DNA of 64,000 nucleotides from Chloroflexota bacterium (GTDB taxonomy: Bacteria > Chloroflexota > Dehalococcoidia > Lucifugimonadales > UBA3495): contig JAQBVF010000004.1 in the NCBI GenBank assembly GCA_027623675.1, forward strand, positions 64,001 to 128,000, given 5' to 3'. The position numbers and the translations under genes are program-made. This document shows, piece after piece, positions 62,223-64,000 of the stretch. The notes under the pieces are model-generated. The model was not told where the DNA came from. It was given only the letters and a program-made list of their open reading frames with translations, and did not search any database. Each line of letters starts with the position of its first letter. Positions within the stretch are counted from its first letter, which is position 1.

Positions 62223-63227
62223 TTAGATCTCTCGGAACTGTGGCTCCGGCTCGGAGATGTCGAAACCGTGTTCCCATAGCTCGTCCATCTTCGCCTGCTC
62301 CTCGTCGGTGAGCATGGGTGTGTCCAACGCGCTGGTGTATTCGGACAGCTCAGCCAGGTTGGTGAAGTTGGGCAGCACGGAGATGATGGCCGGCTGCTTC
62401 AGCACGAACTGGATGGCCGATTGGGCCATGGTGCGGGTGTCTTCCTGCACCAGGAACCGCACCCGATCCACCTTGCGCATCGCCTCTTCCAGCCACTCGT
62501 TCTTGCGGTGGGCACGGTGGTCGTCGGGGTCGAAAACGGGCAGCCCTTGGTCGTACTCCCCAGTAAGGGTGTTGGATGCGTGCGGCACCCGCGACAGCAA
62601 GCCCACTTCATGCTCTTCGGCCAGCTTGATCAGGTCCTTGGCTGGGTCCTGCTCCAACATGCTGTAGATGATCTGGGCGCTGGAGATGTTGCGCTGGCGC
62701 ATGGAGTACTCGCCCTCTTCGTACCAGCCGATGTCTGGGCCCAGGGCCACGCCATAGTAGCGAATCTTGCCCTCGAATTGGAGCTGTTCCAGGGTCTCGA
62801 ACAGCTCGTCCTTCTCCAGGTCGGCCAGCTTGATATTGTGGGCTTGGTAGAGGTCGATGTAGTCGGTTCCCAGGCGGCGCAGGCTCTGTTCGCAAGCGTA
62901 CTTCACGAATTCCTTGTCAAACTTCTGCGCCCTTTCCTTGTGGCCGTCGCGGGGCGTGGGGTCGTAGATGTCGTAGCCAAACTTGGTGGCGATGACGATG
63001 TCGTTGCGCTTGTGTCCAAGCACGTCGGCCAGAATCTCCTCGCCAAGTCCATCGCCATAGGTGTCCGCGGTGTCGAAGAAGTTGATGCCTTCTTCCACGG
63101 CATTTTCCAACAGGGCCGCCTTGTCGGAATCCTCTATCTTGCCCCACCAGTTGGTGGCAACGGTCCAAACGCCGAACCCGATCTCCGACAGGACCAGGTC
63201 GGTGCGGGGCATCTTGCGAAACTTCAT
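62223..63227 (-). CDS. Aldo/keto reductase
   Basis: SEIGFG, GINFFDTADTYG.G..E, IATKFG, EQSLRRLGTDYIDLYQAHN, EGKIRYYG. Confidence 0.93.
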   Translation of the reverse strand: MKFRKMPRTDLVLSEIGFGVWTVATNWWGKIEDSDKAALLENAVEEGINFFDTADTYGDGLGEEILADVLGHKRNDIVIATKFGYDIYDPTPRDGHKERAQKFDKEFVKYACEQSLRRLGTDYIDLYQAHNIKLADLEKDELFETLEQLQFEGKIRYYGVALGPDIGWYEEGEYSMRQRNISSAQIIYSMLEQDPAKDLIKLAEEHEVGLLSRVPHASNTLTGEYDQGLPVFDPDDHRAHRKNEWLEEAMRKVDRVRFLVQEDTRTMAQSAIQFVLKQPAIISVLPNFTNLAELSEYTSALDTPMLTDEEQAKMDELWEHGFDISEPEPQFREI

Positions 63228-63489
63228 GATAATTTCATCCTTGATCCACCGGAGCTTTGGAAGTTCCCGATATTCGGGATCACCGGCGCCTGATTCTGGG
63301 AAGTGAACTTGCCGGAGCAGGTGCCGCGCCACTCCCGGACGATCAACTCCGCAGTCCGGTCGCTGGCCAGTTGGCAGGGCATGTCCCTCACTAGATCGAA
63401 AGCTGATTTGCCATCCAGGGTCTGGCCCGGTACACGCTTTCCCCGGTCAAAAGGTCGAGCGATCTACCCATATAACGCTCTTAAGGCGG

Positions 63490-63999
63490 CTAACCCGCGG
63501 TTACGGCGAGGCCCAAACTGCCCTTGATCTTATCCACCCGGCGCTGGAATTCGGCGTCGTCCAACACCGCCTCCATCTTGCCTAGATTAACGGTTTTCAG
63601 TACCTCGACCCATGATGTGCAACCGCTGTACTCCTTCAGGAAGGGCACGGTGACCGGTTGTTCCAGCTTGTACACCCGCAGCAACATCACCGACAGGGGG
63701 AGCATGGGCTTCCAGTGGAGCTTGGATTGGGCGTAGGCAGTCGTCCAGATGTGGTGGGGCTCCAGGGCGTCCACCTTTTCCTGTTCTTCTATCTCAAGCA
63801 CTTCCTCGGCCTTGGCCCAGTGAGTGAAGGTGATGTGCTCGTCGTCGTGGGGCTGCTCCAAGACTCTCTGCAGAGCGGGTTGGTAGGCCGGCTGCAACAG
63901 GTCTTCCTTCTGGTGGAGGTAGGTGGGATAGAACAGGAACTCGCGGTGTATCACGCGGAAGTCCTTGCCGTCCTCGTGGATACCGCCCTTGCGCAGCAG
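63490..63999 (-). CDS. DUF1802 family protein, 5' end outside the window
   Basis: LLRKGGIHE...F......FLFYPT..HQ, HIW........W.P, RVY.L..P......Y.GC.SWV. Confidence 0.85.
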   Translation of the reverse strand: MLRKGGIHEDGKDFRVIHREFLFYPTYLHQKEDLLQPAYQPALQRVLEQPHDDEHITFTHWAKAEEVLEIEEQEKVDALEPHHIWTTAYAQSKLHWKPMLPLSVMLLRVYKLEQPVTVPFLKEYSGCTSWVEVLKTVNLGKMEAVLDDAEFQRRVDKIKGSLGLAVTAG

Positions 64000-64000
64000 C

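Noticed and set aside
63228..63489. Open frames upstream of the aldo/keto reductase (possible gene remnant)
   Set aside because: No recognisable family motif or clear RBS, so I cannot support a CDS or pseudogene call.

Overview
GC-rich bacterial chromosomal window with about 55 CDSs and no rRNA, tRNA or CRISPR that I could recognise. Gene content (comEA/comEC-ilvE-plsY, rph, LLM monooxygenase, DUF1800/DUF1501/NHL trio) suggests Chloroflexota, Dehalococcoidia/SAR202-like; this is inference only. Main results: (1) Three genes that the ORF track splits or truncates look like selenoprotein genes. Each has an in-frame TGA at a position where the family has Cys, and each is followed by a GU-loop SECIS-like hairpin whose loop starts 16-20 nt downstream. 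They are an OsmC-like gene (263-700) and an adjacent BtuF-like gene with CxxU (784-1719), both behind a RidA gene, and a stand-alone PrdB/GrdB-like gene with UxxC and an extra C-terminal domain (15803-14604). (2) An isolated HK97-type prohead protease plus major capsid pair lies behind a sigma70-like promoter and a structured leader ending in a strong intrinsic terminator; the capsid looks C-terminally truncated. (3) A hopanoid cluster (polyprenyl synthase, hpnH, hpnG, hpnA, shc, yjbQ, hpnD-like). (4) A late-cobamide operon interrupted by a lower-GC DUF433/PIN toxin-antitoxin pair. (5) A DUF4011 helicase-nuclease with an ungapped 209-aa internal duplication. (6) Two copies of a REP/MITE-like palindromic element. 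All calls come from reading motifs by eye; no database searches were run.
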